A stretch of DNA of 64,000 nt from Candidatus Bathyarchaeota archaeon (GTDB taxonomy: Archaea; Thermoproteota; Bathyarchaeia; Bathyarchaeales; Bathycorpusculaceae). The stretch covers positions 64,001-128,000 of the forward strand of contig CAVZPM010000039.1 of NCBI GenBank assembly GCA_963777155.1, written 5' to 3'. Shown in pieces: positions 40,926 to 52,821 of this stretch. A program made the position numbers and the translations under genes. Numbering within the stretch: the stretch's first letter is position 1; the number at the start of each line of letters is the position of its first letter. The notes under the pieces are model-generated. The model ran no database searches and had not been told where the DNA came from. It worked only from the letters and a program-made list of their open reading frames with translations.

Positions 40926-42531
40926 TTACCCTATGAAGGTAAGTATCAGGATTCTTCGGGGGTTTGCGCCGAATGTGGCTTCTTGAGTTATTTGGCTAAA
41001 GTTGCCTGAGGCATAGAGTTGTTCGTAAATCTGCTGCAGGTTGAGCGTCGTATTGTAGTAGGGCACTGTGCCGCCTTCTTCGTAGGTAAAGAGGAATTTT
41101 ACATTGTACTGTTTGCATTGGCTGATTAATTCAGTGATATTAAATGTGGGTGTGTATGTGTCGACTGGTAGGGTGGGGTATTGGTAGGTTTGGATTTGGT
41201 TGTTTCCGTTTTTCCAAAGATAAAATTTCACCATGTCTTGGCTGAAAAAATTGAAGGGAGCCAGAACCATTATTGTTTGATTGTTCTGCATGCGGTCCAT
41301 CGCGTAAGTGGTGGCTGGTTCCAGCTCTATTTTAATGTTGAAAAAAGCGGTTATTGAGTAAGCGTCGTATACACTGTAAGCCATTGCTCCAGCGGCTAAC
41401 GCGATTAATACACCAGCGGCAATCTTTGCATTCCGCTTCTTGCTTGCGGTCACTTGCCTCTTCCAAACCCCATCAACCTTGCCGTAAAGGAACAGAATTA
41501 GGACAGCAAAGGCGATGGCTAAGGCAGGAAACAGCGGCAGCACATACCGCCACTCCTTGTTATCGATGAAAGAGAAAAACACAAAGACGCTGACAAACCA
41601 GATGAAGCACAAACTGATCACTTTTACTGTGTCTCCACAAAAGAAAACCTAACCCTGCGAGAGCCAAGACGTAGATGAAGATGGAGATAGGGTGGAAGTT
41701 GCTGTAAGGCCAAACGACCTCTATCAGGTAAAATATGGGTGAGGGGTAACGGTCGCTGTAGACAGATTTTTCTGGGTTGCCTACTTGGAGAGCGTAGAGC
41801 CATTGGCTCAGGGTTTTTGATGCGTAAACTTGGTAGGCGATGATTATCCAGGGAACAGCCACCATCACGGCGGTGACGATTAGAAGCGTGAACCTTGAAA
41901 ACGTCCTCTTAAGTTGCCCCCTTGCCAAAAACAGAATGCTCAGAAGCATGATTACGCCTGCTACAATCGCTTGGTATTTGGTGAGGAATCCTAAACCCAC
42001 CGCTAAGCCACCTAAAACCAGATACTTGTCCTGCCTGTTTTGTTGCCACCGGAAGAAGCAAAAAAGCGCTGCCAAAACAAAGAACAAGAGCATAGTTTCC
42101 AGTAGTGCCAAGCGTGAGAGCCAAAAATAACCTGGCATAATTCCCAGCAAAATAGCCGAGAGTAATGCAGTTTTTCCGTCGTACAAGGTGTAGGCTAGCT
42201 CGAAGGCTGCCCAAAGCGAAAGAACCGAGAACATTGCCGAGACCAACCTAGCGGAAAACAAGCTTGTTCCGAGGGTTTGGAATGAGATGGCGGTTATTGT
42301 GTCGTATAGGGGTGGGTAGAAGGAGTTGGATATGAATTTGCTGTAGAGGCCGCTGTTCAGGTATAGGGCACCGTTTAGATGAGTTATTTCATCCCATTGC
42401 ATGGGCATGTTAGTCAAATTCAACAGCAGAATAACGGCGTATGCGAGGGCAAAAATCAAGAAAGCTACTCGCCACTTGTTTAAGGCTGCCCCCAATTTCC
42501 ATCGCGGTTGTGAACTTGACGGGTCAATCAT
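40926..42531 (-). CDS. ArnT/PMT-like (GT-C, GT39/83) membrane glycosyltransferase, frameshifted near 41620
   Basis: WDE..H, YPPL, ARL, LTKY, K..RY.LP motifs across two ORFs. Confidence 0.85.
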
Positions 42532-42657
42532 GTTCTCAACGATTTAAAACCAGCTCTTTCTATTGTGAGTTAGGGATATAAAATCTTGCAACCTCCCACC
42601 AACCACCTGCGCGGTTCTTAGAAATACTAAAATGCCAAAGCACCATTCTTGTTTTAT

Positions 42658-43699
42658 ATGCCTTATAATGAACTTAGAAAAGATTACTTACTTGATCGAT
42701 GGGTTGTAATCGCTACTGAACGGAGTCGTCGACCTACCGACCTCGCCAAACCAAAGCTTGAGGCCGCCAAAACCGCGATCTGTCCAATGTGCGTGGGCAA
42801 CGAAAACATGACACCGCCCGCAGTAATGCTCTATCAGAAAGAGAACGGCGAAATAAAGAAAAGCGTAGACCCTTTGACTGGAGAGCGAGCGAGAAACTGG
42901 CTTGTCCGCGTAATCCCAAACCTCTACCCTGCTTTCAGCACACCCAAACAACCTGAAGACGAAAAACAAATTCATTAGGGGTGAGTATTTGTGGAATGCA
43001 ATCGGGCACCATGAAGTTATAGTTGAATCGCCAAACCATGATGAGGGTCCAGCTGAGGCAGAGTTGCCACAGCTTGAACTGGTGATAAGAGCTTATGTTG
43101 ATAGGTTCAACGAGTTAAGCTTAAAGTCTTATGTCAAGTACGTTTCGATTTTTCGCAATCACGGCTTGGAGGCTGGAGCGTCACTTTCTCATGCACACAG
43201 TCAGGTAATCGCAGCCCCCATGGTTCCCTCGACCATTCAGGCAGAGCAAAAAGCCGGCAAAGCCTTCTACGAAGAACATGGCAAATGCATATTCTGTGAC
43301 ATTATTGAGGGAGAAACCAAAGGTCCTAGATTAATCTCTGAAAACGGTGATTTCGCGGTTTTTGCTCCGTATGCTAGCATTAACCCGATGGAGTTCTGGA
43401 TACTGCCCAAACGGCACGCCTCTAATATTCTAAACCTAACTGCAGGTGAGATTAGTTCTTTCGCAAGAACCCTCAAAGCAAGTCTCAAAGCCCTAAAAGA
43501 CATAGTTAACGACCCACCCTACAACTTCGGCATACATCAAGCCATAAACCCTGAAGCGCAAGACAGCTACCACTGGCACCTGGAAGTTTACCCAAAACTG
43601 GCAACTTGGGCTGGCTTTGAAAAAAGCACAGGCTGTTTCATCAACACTGTGACTCCTGAAACAGCGGCTGAGAGCTTTAGAAAAGCAATTAAATTCTAA
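42658..43699 (+). CDS. galT: Galactose-1-phosphate uridylyltransferase family (HIT), frameshifted near 42975
   Basis: ELRKD..L.RWV.IA.ER..RP, CPMC.GNE, PNLYPA, HEVIVE, GASLSHAHSQ, HWHLE. Confidence 0.88.
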
Positions 43700-45772
43700 A
43701 TTCCCAAAATTTCTTTTGCGTATTTTGGTTTAACCCGTAGAATGTCTTCCACGTAAGCGCGTAATGGTTCGGCGATGCTCCATGCTTGTGAGATGCAGCC
43801 GCGGGGTTCGTTTGGTGGGTCACAGTCGTAGATCTCGTTTATCGTTCCTAAGCCGCCCTGATGAATGCCGATGGCGAACAGGGGCAAGACAAGGTTTTCC
43901 ATTACCTGCTGTCGTGCTTCTACGTTGTAATCGTTTACTTTTAGGTACGCCGATACGTAGGGACCCAGAAGCCAAGGCCAAATTGTACCGTTATGGTAAG
44001 CAGCATCTCTGCTTCTTACGTCTCCATAGCATTTGCCCACGAACTTTGGGTCATTTATCGATAAGGTTCGTAAGCCATATGGCGTTGCAAGTTCCTGGCT
44101 GACTATGTCTACGACTTTTTGGCTTTTGTCTTTTTCTAGCATAGAAAAGTCTAGTGAAACAGCGAAAATTTGGTTGGGACGAAGCGAAGCATCAGAGTCT
44201 TTTGTATCCACGGCGTCGAAGAGGCAGTTTTTCTGGGTGTTCCAGAACTTTTTGTTAAAGCTTAGGCTGGCTTGGTTTGCCATTGAAGCATAAGTTGCGG
44301 CTAAATCTTTTTGTTCAAACTTGCTGGCTAGTGTCTCCATGGTCTTCAAAGCATTGTACCATAACGCTTGGATTTCCACTGCTTTGCCGCTTCGGGGCGT
44401 GATTTCCTGTGCCCCAACCTTTGCGTCCATCCAAGTGAGCCCCGCACCATGCATCAATAAGACCGTCGTCGTCTACATGTATGCCAAACATAGTGCCCCT
44501 CTTGTGGTACTCAATTATCGCCTGAAGGCTCTCCCACAGCTCATCCTTGACAAATCCGAAGTCGCCGGTATATTTGAGGTACTGAAGCACCGCGTTAATG
44601 TACCAGAGGGTTCCGTCAACTGTGTTGTAGAGTGGAACACCTGTTCTGTCGCCAACCAAATTCGGAATCAAACCTGCTTGACAGTACTGGATAAAGTTTT
44701 GAAGAATATCTTTAGCTTCTCTGAACCTTCCAGTTACCAGAAAGAGCCCCGGCATCGAAATGAAGGTGTCCCTGCCCCAGGATTCAAACCAGTGGTACCC
44801 TGCGATCACAGCTTTCCTTTCAGCGGTGGTTTTTACGACAAAGGAGTCGGCTGCGAGCAGAATCCAGTTTAGCCAATCTGTCATGGGCACATTGGGGCGG
44901 TCATGGTAAAAGCTTGCAAGCAAATTGCTTCGCAAACTAAGCTCTTGATTGAGCGCATCCCTCACGGCGGTGGTTGTGTTTCCAAGTGAATCTAAAACTT
45001 CCTGCGCATTTTGGCTTTCATGGCTCACAGCGCATGCGACTGCGAATTCTTTCTCCGTATTAGCAGGAACCTGCACTTCAAAATATCCCGGTTGGAAACA
45101 GTCGTCAACATCTGCTTCTCCCCGCTGAAGCTCGTCGCGGTAGTGAATGTGGGTTACCCAATTTAATTTTTGTTTGAATTCGCCGTCAGTTGCGTGGCAA
45201 ACAATTGTGGCTTGGGGTCCCTGAAAAATTGCTTGGAATTGTGTAGCGGTGCTTTTTAGGTTGAAATTCAGCGGGATTTTCGCTTGGTAAACCACGGTGT
45301 GGTAGTATCTGCATGTTAAAAGCGGATAAAGCCGAATTTTAACGTCTGAATCGTTATTATTTATGATTCTATAGGTTACTGCGACGGCGTTCTTGTTTTT
45401 TGGCATAAAAACCGATTTGTTAACATGGACACTGCTCACGTTATAGCTGTAAGTGGGAAAGGGAGCTAGCGAAAACTGGCTAATCAAATTGTAGCCTTTA
45501 GGATAAATAGTGTCATGGAACTCGTTTGCACCCAACCTGTAAACATCGTTGCCTACGATTATGTCTTCATCAAGTTTTGACACGCAGACAGTGCGGTTTC
45601 CAGGAGGATTCAATGCAGCCACGAGCAAACCATGATATTTGCGAGTGTTTATTCCCAGAACCGTTGAGGAACCGTAGCTGCCTAAGCCATTGGTTATCAG
45701 CCATTCCTTCTCGATTAAGTCGCCAAAATGCGAAAGAGCATCTTTTGGAAAAGTTAAAGCGGGCAAATTCAT
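43696..45772 (-). CDS. Glycogen debranching enzyme (amylo-alpha-1,6-glucosidase), frameshifted near 44457
   Basis: EWLITNGLGSY, AGYHWF..WGRDTFIS, LTWMDA, RPNQ, YHNG..WPWL, QAWS. Confidence 0.9.
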
Positions 45773-45773
45773 T

Positions 45774-46655
45774 TTACGGCATCAACTTGGCTATGTTCTT
45801 ATCGCGTGGAACACAGAAATAGTTTGCGACAGGCACACATTTGGTGCGGAACATCAGCAAGTGAGGCTTGGTCAACTTGTACTCAGTAAGCGTTTCAGCG
45901 TACCCCATGCCCTTAGCAAAAACCAGTTCCGCAGCTTCGTACACTTTAAGGAACTCCGGGGAAGCTTCTTTTTTCTGTAAGCCAACTGCATCGCAGCCTG
46001 TTGTTATGACTTCATCGGCGAGTTTGTCGATATTAGAAATCTCCACGTCTTCCATCGTGGCATCATTGATTACAGGTGCGCCTTTCACAACATAGGTGAC
46101 CTTTAAGCCCATGTTCTTAAGCTGCTCAACCAATAGCGCGTCGAAAACAATTTCGCCCGCGTTATCAGCCAGAAACAGAACGCTCTGAGCTTTCTTAGCC
46201 AACTCGTAAGCCTTGTCTATATCGTCAATAACAAGGTCTTTGGAGGCTTCGCGAAGAACACCTGCTAGGCTCTTCAGGGTGAACTTGTGTCCTGGAATAT
46301 CAAACTCCATGATGTTGCCAACAATCGCGCAAAGACAGGCTTTTTTGAACCGTTCCTGCTGATTATAGCCTGATTCAACATATTTCTTTGCGTGGGGACG
46401 CATCTTCAGGGCTTTTTCGTTTGCGGCTTTTTTGTTGTACTTGTACGGGTCATTGTTGCTTGTTAGTTGCCTGATTATGCGGTCTCTCTTGGTGCCGATG
46501 TCTGCCGCTACTGAGGTTGGTTTGAACTCGCGATTTAGCAGCTTCACGATTTCAGCAAGGCACCTGAATCGCAATGCAGGGTTAGTGGTGGCTTGATAAG
46601 TTTGGGTTTGTGCTCTAGAAAGCAGGCAGGATTCGCATTCAGGTTCAACCTTCAA
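45774..46655 (-). CDS. DUF89/ARMT1-like damage-control phosphatase
   Basis: ECESC, DPY..K, GN, DNAGE..FD, NDAT, KGMGYAE. Confidence 0.9.
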   Translation of the reverse strand: MKVEPECESCLLSRAQTQTYQATTNPALRFRCLAEIVKLLNREFKPTSVAADIGTKRDRIIRQLTSNNDPYKYNKKAANEKALKMRPHAKKYVESGYNQQERFKKACLCAIVGNIMEFDIPGHKFTLKSLAGVLREASKDLVIDDIDKAYELAKKAQSVLFLADNAGEIVFDALLVEQLKNMGLKVTYVVKGAPVINDATMEDVEISNIDKLADEVITTGCDAVGLQKKEASPEFLKVYEAAELVFAKGMGYAETLTEYKLTKPHLLMFRTKCVPVANYFCVPRDKNIAKLMP

Positions 46656-46671
46656 GGAGCTTCACACGCAT

Positions 46672-47427
<756 letters not shown>

Positions 47428-47442
47428 TTAGGGGTAGGCAGT

Positions 47443-49125
47443 CTATGGAATTGAAGTTTTAACCTTCAATGTCTTTTTGGTTGTCTCTTCAGTTAGCATG
47501 CCAATTAATTGCCCGTTTTTAACCATGGCTGCGCGTTTGTAGCCTTTTTCACTCATAGTTTTCATGGCGGTAATCATTGATTGGTCGCCTTCTAGGATGA
47601 TGAGGGGTGTATAATTGATGTCTTTTGCAAGCGTCTTAATCGGGTCTTTTTGTGCGTTAACGATTTCTCTTAGCAGTTCCCGGTCGTTTATAACTCCAAT
47701 GGGTTTATGTTCCTCAGTGATCAAGACTGAAGTGACGTTGTTCTGAAGCATTTTAGCAACGGTTTTAGCCACGGTTTCCATAGGCGAAATTTCAACGGTT
47801 GGAAGCTTGGTTCCTGCTTGGCTGCTGATTTCTGTTATGTCTATGCCGCGTTTCCAGATGTCGTCTAGCATTTCGCTTACACGTTCAATTTGGCTGGGGT
47901 CGCTGGAGTAGAAGGTGTCAGGTAAATAGAAAGCTGATTCTGCGCCTAAATCGGCTAGTGGTGGCGTTTTGAACATGAACAGGTGCTTGCCGTCTACAAC
48001 CATCATAGTTAGGTAGCTTATGGGGACGTGTTTTATTTCGTAGTTTTTTGCGAGTTTCTGGGCTGGTTCCAAGTTATCTAAGTCGATGGATGCCATTATG
48101 CGGGTTTTGATGCCTTTTTTGAAGTATTTGACGATTGGGTCGTCTTCGGCAAGTCTGTTGATGCTCTGTGAGGAAGTGATTACTACGATGTCTTTTTTGG
48201 CTGACTCAAGAATCTTGGTTACTTTGCTCCATGCTTCTTCGCCGCCTTTGATGACGAGGGTTTCTCCGATGGGTATGCCGCTTTTTAGCTCATCTATGCG
48301 TCTTGAAGCATCGACGCCGCTCTGCCACATTTGCACAAAAAATGCTTTCAAGACAGAGATGAACATTTTATCGTTAATCCATAAGCCTTCATCTTCAAGG
48401 TTAAGCACAGATGCTTCGTTGCCGAAGGGTGCATATAGGATCGCTTCTTCTTCGTCTTTAATTAGGAAGCGTGGGAAAAACTTTGAGCTCATGTTGACAT
48501 GGCGAAGTTTTATGTTGAGTTTATCTTCTGCGATATTGCGGTCTATTCTTTCGACGGCTTTTAGGTTTTCTGGGGCAATTTCAGTGATTATCTGAGTTTG
48601 AACTTTGCTTTCTTTAGGTGGTGCGAGAACTGCATCGTAGATTCCTGCGATGTCTTCCTGAATAATTCCTAAGGCAGTTGTTAGAACAGTTACTTCGGAT
48701 TTTGCTTCCTCAATCATGTTGATCATTTTTGAATGAATCTTTTTCTTGCCTGTGATGATTGAGAATTTTGCAACTGGATATTGTGATTCGGGTGCGCTTA
48801 TCGATTGCCAAGCGGTTAGTAGATTTTGCTTTTGGTCGTTAAGGTTGACGACCTCGACCTTTTTTGCATTAATAAAATTATCAACTAAGGCTTCAAAAGG
48901 AACAATCGTAAACCTGGTTGGCCGTTCCAATGTGGCTTCTATGAAACCTTTTTCTTGGAGTTTCTTGAAGGTGCGGTATGCTTGGACACGTTCCATTTTG
49001 AGCCGTTTAGCAACGAAGCTGGTTGATTGGACACCGCTTTTGGCCAGGAACATGTAGACTTGGATTTCTCTTTTTGATAGACATAGGTTCTGTAAAAATT
49101 TAGTTACGTCTTTTTCGCTCATCAA
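47443..49125 (-). CDS. TrmB-family regulator: wHTH + two PLD-fold-like effector domains + CBS pair
   Basis: LS.RE..VY..L...YR..KKL.EKGFIE..ERP TrmB HTH; two similar effector segments; C-terminal CBS motifs (PIGVI.DRE, LIGMLT). Confidence 0.8.
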   Translation of the reverse strand: MMSEKDVTKFLQNLCLSKREIQVYMFLAKSGVQSTSFVAKRLKMERVQAYRTFKKLQEKGFIEATLERPTRFTIVPFEALVDNFINAKKVEVVNLNDQKQNLLTAWQSISAPESQYPVAKFSIITGKKKIHSKMINMIEEAKSEVTVLTTALGIIQEDIAGIYDAVLAPPKESKVQTQIITEIAPENLKAVERIDRNIAEDKLNIKLRHVNMSSKFFPRFLIKDEEEAILYAPFGNEASVLNLEDEGLWINDKMFISVLKAFFVQMWQSGVDASRRIDELKSGIPIGETLVIKGGEEAWSKVTKILESAKKDIVVITSSQSINRLAEDDPIVKYFKKGIKTRIMASIDLDNLEPAQKLAKNYEIKHVPISYLTMMVVDGKHLFMFKTPPLADLGAESAFYLPDTFYSSDPSQIERVSEMLDDIWKRGIDITEISSQAGTKLPTVEISPMETVAKTVAKMLQNNVTSVLITEEHKPIGVINDRELLREIVNAQKDPIKTLAKDINYTPLIILEGDQSMITAMKTMSEKGYKRAAMVKNGQLIGMLTEETTKKTLKVKTSIP

Positions 49126-49224
49126 GTTACCGCCATATAAAACCCGATTGTTAATAATTACGTATGTTTGTTGGTGTTTATAAATTGTATCTTATTAGAC
49201 GCAACAAAACACAATAACTCAAAG

Positions 49225-49887
49225 TTAAATTAGTGTCTTCTGCGTGGTTCCCAGTTCGCTTTTGGCTTTTTGGGCAGGCTTCCAAGACTTCCTAATGCAA
49301 CTTGGGAAGTCACCATCCCTCTCAAGCAGCCGCTTCAAGAAAACCATGGTTTTATCGTCAGTTAAGTATCCAGTGCCGAAGTCGCCGTATTTTACCTTCA
49401 GCTTCGCAATCTCCCCATCCCGCTCCACCTTAGCTATTATAGAGGCTGCGGAGACAACGGGGTAAGTTCGGTCGGCTTTGTGCTCCGACACAATCTTCGT
49501 CTTGAACCTGAGGCACTCGCTGATATGGCTGCCGAACCGCCGCTCAAGCACGTCCGCGGCGTCAACGTAAGCTTCGTCGGGTTTTAAGGCATCAATTATC
49601 TTGGCCATGGTTTGGGCTTCGAGGCGGTTGAGTTTGTGGAGTACTCTGCTGCTTCGAACGACTTTGTCAATTTGGGCAGGTGGAACCTTTATGATATGGT
49701 GGTTTTGGGTTAATTTTATGATTTCAGGATACAAAGCTTCGCGTTTCTTGGCTGTTAAAAGTTTGGAGTCTTTCACACCTAACTCTGCTAGCAACTGCAA
49801 GTTCTCAGTTTGTACAGCTACGCCAGCAACCACTAATGGACCGATAACGCATCCACGCCCAGCTTCGTCAACACCAGCAATCAACAT
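49225..49887 (-). CDS. rnhB: Ribonuclease HII
   Basis: GVDEAGRG, DSK.L, KAD, SAASIIAK. Confidence 0.96.
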   Translation of the reverse strand: MLIAGVDEAGRGCVIGPLVVAGVAVQTENLQLLAELGVKDSKLLTAKKREALYPEIIKLTQNHHIIKVPPAQIDKVVRSSRVLHKLNRLEAQTMAKIIDALKPDEAYVDAADVLERRFGSHISECLRFKTKIVSEHKADRTYPVVSAASIIAKVERDGEIAKLKVKYGDFGTGYLTDDKTMVFLKRLLERDGDFPSCIRKSWKPAQKAKSELGTTQKTLI

Positions 49888-50000
49888 GTCTGCTCTTCTT
49901 CCTAAACAGTGAAGGCTTTAGTTTTCTAAGCTATAATGCTTTTCTAAAACAACAATCAACACAAAGAAAATGAGGCAAAGCAGAAAAAATAGGTATACAG

Positions 50001-50348
50001 TGGTTTGGAAAATCAAGTTTAGTATTGCGATTTCCAAGAACTATATGTTATTTAATTGATGACTTCTTGATTGAAAGACGCCAGAAACTCAGAAAGAAAG
50101 ACTTTGTGCTTGTAACCGATTTCATGATGCACCTCAAGATGGGAAAGAAAATTCACTTGAAAGAGTATGAGACTGACAGTTTAGCTGAGGCTTTGAACGC
50201 ATTGTTTGACCGAATGGTTAAAGTTAACCGAATTAAAGTTGGCAAAAGACAAACTATTGACACGTTGATTAGCGAAGAGGCTCTTTTGTTTGCTAAATAT
50301 CTGAAAAATGAAAAGAAAGAATGGGTTCCAAGAATAGCTAATTTGTAG
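50001..50348 (+). pseudogene. cas1: 3' remnant of a stand-alone Cas1-family (casposase-like) gene
   Basis: Correcting one inserted base (50025) and one deleted base (~50047) gives FGKSSLVCDFQELYxYLIDDF, matching the Cas1 SL..D..E..R metal-binding segment. The N-terminal part of the gene is absent. Confidence 0.65.
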
Positions 50349-50412
50349 GTTTGCTCAAGTTAGTGGTTTTTCGATGCCTAACAATGACAGCAACTTAAGA
50401 GGTTCTTTGCCT

Positions 50413-50808
50413 TCAGGTTGGGGGATTTGGATACTGAAAGTCTTCAGTTATTTCTTTTTGTCCAGCCGCTGCATTAACAGTAAAGGTTGTAATGAACTCT
50501 TTTTCTACTTCACCTTGAGGGTTCATGACTGAGAAGCTTATGTAAACGTTGTAGGTATGTCCATTCTTTAAAGTAACTGAATAGTTTCCAAAATTAACAG
50601 CACCTTGCGGAGCAGAAGCAAAGTGGAAAGTAATCATGGCGCCTGTTTGTGTGTCTTGAAATTCTATTGTTTTAATAAATGGCGCAAGAAAAGCAGCACC
50701 ACTAACTCCTGCGCTCCCTGATACCGTCACATTATCATATGTAAAGAGATAAAATAGTGCTCCAAACGATGAAACTACAAGCACCGCTACAATTATTGTG
50801 GCTTTCAT
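50413..50808 (-). CDS. Hypothetical membrane-anchored protein
   Basis: ATG 50808, N-terminal TM followed by small beta-sandwich-like domain (NYSVTLKNGHTYNV). Confidence 0.6.
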   Translation of the reverse strand: MKATIIVAVLVVSSFGALFYLFTYDNVTVSGSAGVSGAAFLAPFIKTIEFQDTQTGAMITFHFASAPQGAVNFGNYSVTLKNGHTYNVYISFSVMNPQGEVEKEFITTFTVNAAAGQKEITEDFQYPNPPT

Positions 50809-50842
50809 GATGTTTCTGCGTTTGGTTGAAGTTTGAGCCGTG

Positions 50843-52141
50843 TTAATCAACCTGATGCCTCTTTTTGTTGTTGAAGCGGTATCTAACTGCAACTACACCA
50901 ACTATTGTAAAAACAAACAGTGGCAAAATCACCAACCAAGAAAACTCTGGAACAGTAGGAGTTGGCGTTAGGGCGGTTGTTGATAAAACAGCATATTTAA
51001 GGTCGTGGCTCTGGGGGTCTATGTAGCTTACATGCGGTCGATCGTTTTTATCTAACGCTAAAGAGAAATCGCCGAAACCAGAATCAATTGCCGTTGTTTT
51101 CCAAACGGTTCCTGAAAGCCAAGCGTACTTGAGCATGCCACGTGAAGTGTCGTATTTGATACCATTCCCTGCATCATAGGTACTATTTGTAATGTCACAG
51201 TATACTATGTGAGGTTGGTCATTACTGTCAAGAGCCAGAGACGAGAATGTACCAACAAGGGTTGTTGGGTCGATCTTTGTAATTCTCCATAGACCCTCTT
51301 CCAAAATAGCATACTTTAGACTATAAGGTGCATACTTGTTGCTGTAGCTTATATGCGGTTGATTAGAGTGGTCAAGCACTAAATTCATGTCCAAACCATC
51401 CACTTCATTATCAACCGTGGTTGTTTGCCATTCTGTCCCTGAAAACCAAGAATACTTGAGAGAGCCATCAGTGAAGTTCTCGGTATTCTTATATTCAAAG
51501 TAGCATATGTGGGGTTGATCGTTAGTGTCCAGAGCTAAAGATAAGTATTGACCAACATGATCTTTTGTAACTGAAGTCTCATTGATCCAAGAGTTGCCGT
51601 TCCAAAAAATATACCAAAGAGAATCACCAGTGCTATAGCCTATATGCGGTTGATTATTGCTGTCCAGCTTCATAACCGACGAAACAGCATTACCAACCGT
51701 TGTTATCGTCCATGAATTGCCTTCTAGAACTGCAATTTTGACATAATCTGTTTCCATATTGAAATGGGTGGAATCAAAACCATGTATCCAACGAACACCA
51801 TAGCTTATGAGTGGTTGATTGTTGCCGTCAAGCTTTAGGGATGGGTTATAACCAGCATAGTAAGTTGAATCAACCGTTGTGGTTACCCAAGAGTTGCCAT
51901 CCCAAAAAGCATAATTAAGATCAAAATTCTCGGAACCAAGATCTTGGTAGCTTACGTAGGGTTGTCCATTGCTATCCAACGCCAAAGAGGGATCATAACT
52001 GCGGGAATCCACAGTCGATACGATCCATGTTGATGAAGTCACCGTTGACCAAGTTGAGGCGTTCAGGGGCAAAGCAAAACCTGCTATAAACAAGAAGAAC
52101 AACGTAAGCAGTAAAGCAGAGCTCTTTCTTTTATTGCCCAT
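50843..52141 (-). CDS. Secreted beta-propeller repeat protein with PEF-CTERM anchor
   Basis: About 7 repeats of SLALD.N.QPHISY...LKYA...W.TT.VD; PTPTVPEF-TM-basic tail. Confidence 0.85.
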   Translation of the reverse strand: MGNKRKSSALLLTLFFLFIAGFALPLNASTWSTVTSSTWIVSTVDSRSYDPSLALDSNGQPYVSYQDLGSENFDLNYAFWDGNSWVTTTVDSTYYAGYNPSLKLDGNNQPLISYGVRWIHGFDSTHFNMETDYVKIAVLEGNSWTITTVGNAVSSVMKLDSNNQPHIGYSTGDSLWYIFWNGNSWINETSVTKDHVGQYLSLALDTNDQPHICYFEYKNTENFTDGSLKYSWFSGTEWQTTTVDNEVDGLDMNLVLDHSNQPHISYSNKYAPYSLKYAILEEGLWRITKIDPTTLVGTFSSLALDSNDQPHIVYCDITNSTYDAGNGIKYDTSRGMLKYAWLSGTVWKTTAIDSGFGDFSLALDKNDRPHVSYIDPQSHDLKYAVLSTTALTPTPTVPEFSWLVILPLFVFTIVGVVAVRYRFNNKKRHQVD

Positions 52142-52231
52142 AGTCAGTATAGGAGTATGTTTTTGTTAAAAGGTTATTCGTAAAGCTTCCTTAACTAAGC
52201 TAAGTCAACGTTTCTTGACCTACTTATTTCT

Positions 52232-52298
52232 TGTCTGTCTGTGTCTGTTTGTCTTTGGTTGTTTGTTTGTCTGTGTGTGATATCTGTCTCTGTGTGTT
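52232..52298 (+). repeat. Low-complexity T/G-rich microsatellite-like tract
   Basis: tgtctgtctgtgtctgtttgtctttggttgtttgtttgtctgtgtgtgatatctgtctctgtgtgtt. Confidence 0.6.
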
Positions 52299-52493
52299 AC
52301 GACTAAAATGTTTTTTTTATAAGAGAGAATATAGGAAAGGGAAAAGGTATACGTAATCGTAAGCAGTCGTATATGCGTAGATTTGAAAAAACGAAGAGAG
52401 AGAAAATTAAATTTTAATCCACCATTTAGTCATTGGTGGCGTCCTAACAGTAAATTCAGAGAAGAGGGCTCATCAACTATTTACTATGATTAG

Positions 52494-52643
52494 TTAGTTT
52501 TTGGGTTTCTCTTCATTTGAAATGGGTAAAAATGTCTCGATTCTTTTGTTGGTGTTTTGATTTTTCTTTTGGACCTCTTTGAGTCTATATTTGAAGTCTG
52601 TTTTGTGTGTTAAGTCATATGTTTTGGATTTTTTCGTTGTCAT
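52494..52643 (-). CDS. Possible 49-aa basic protein
   Basis: ATG..TAA ORF MTTKKSKTYDLTHKTDFKYRLKEVQKKNQNTNKRIETFLPISNEEKPKN; downstream hairpin and T-rich tract. Confidence 0.35.
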   Translation of the reverse strand: MTTKKSKTYDLTHKTDFKYRLKEVQKKNQNTNKRIETFLPISNEEKPKN

Positions 52644-52821
52644 TTCTTTTCTGCCTCTAAAAACTTTTAATTCGAAGAATTTGATTTCTCATCGGGCATG
52701 GAAACATTGTTTCCATTTATCACTCATATGAGGTGGTAGTGTATAAGCAGGTTTCGGTTTCGTATATTTCGCAGTGAAGAGGAAGATGGAGGATTAATTT
52801 TTTAATTCACAGATCGTTGAC

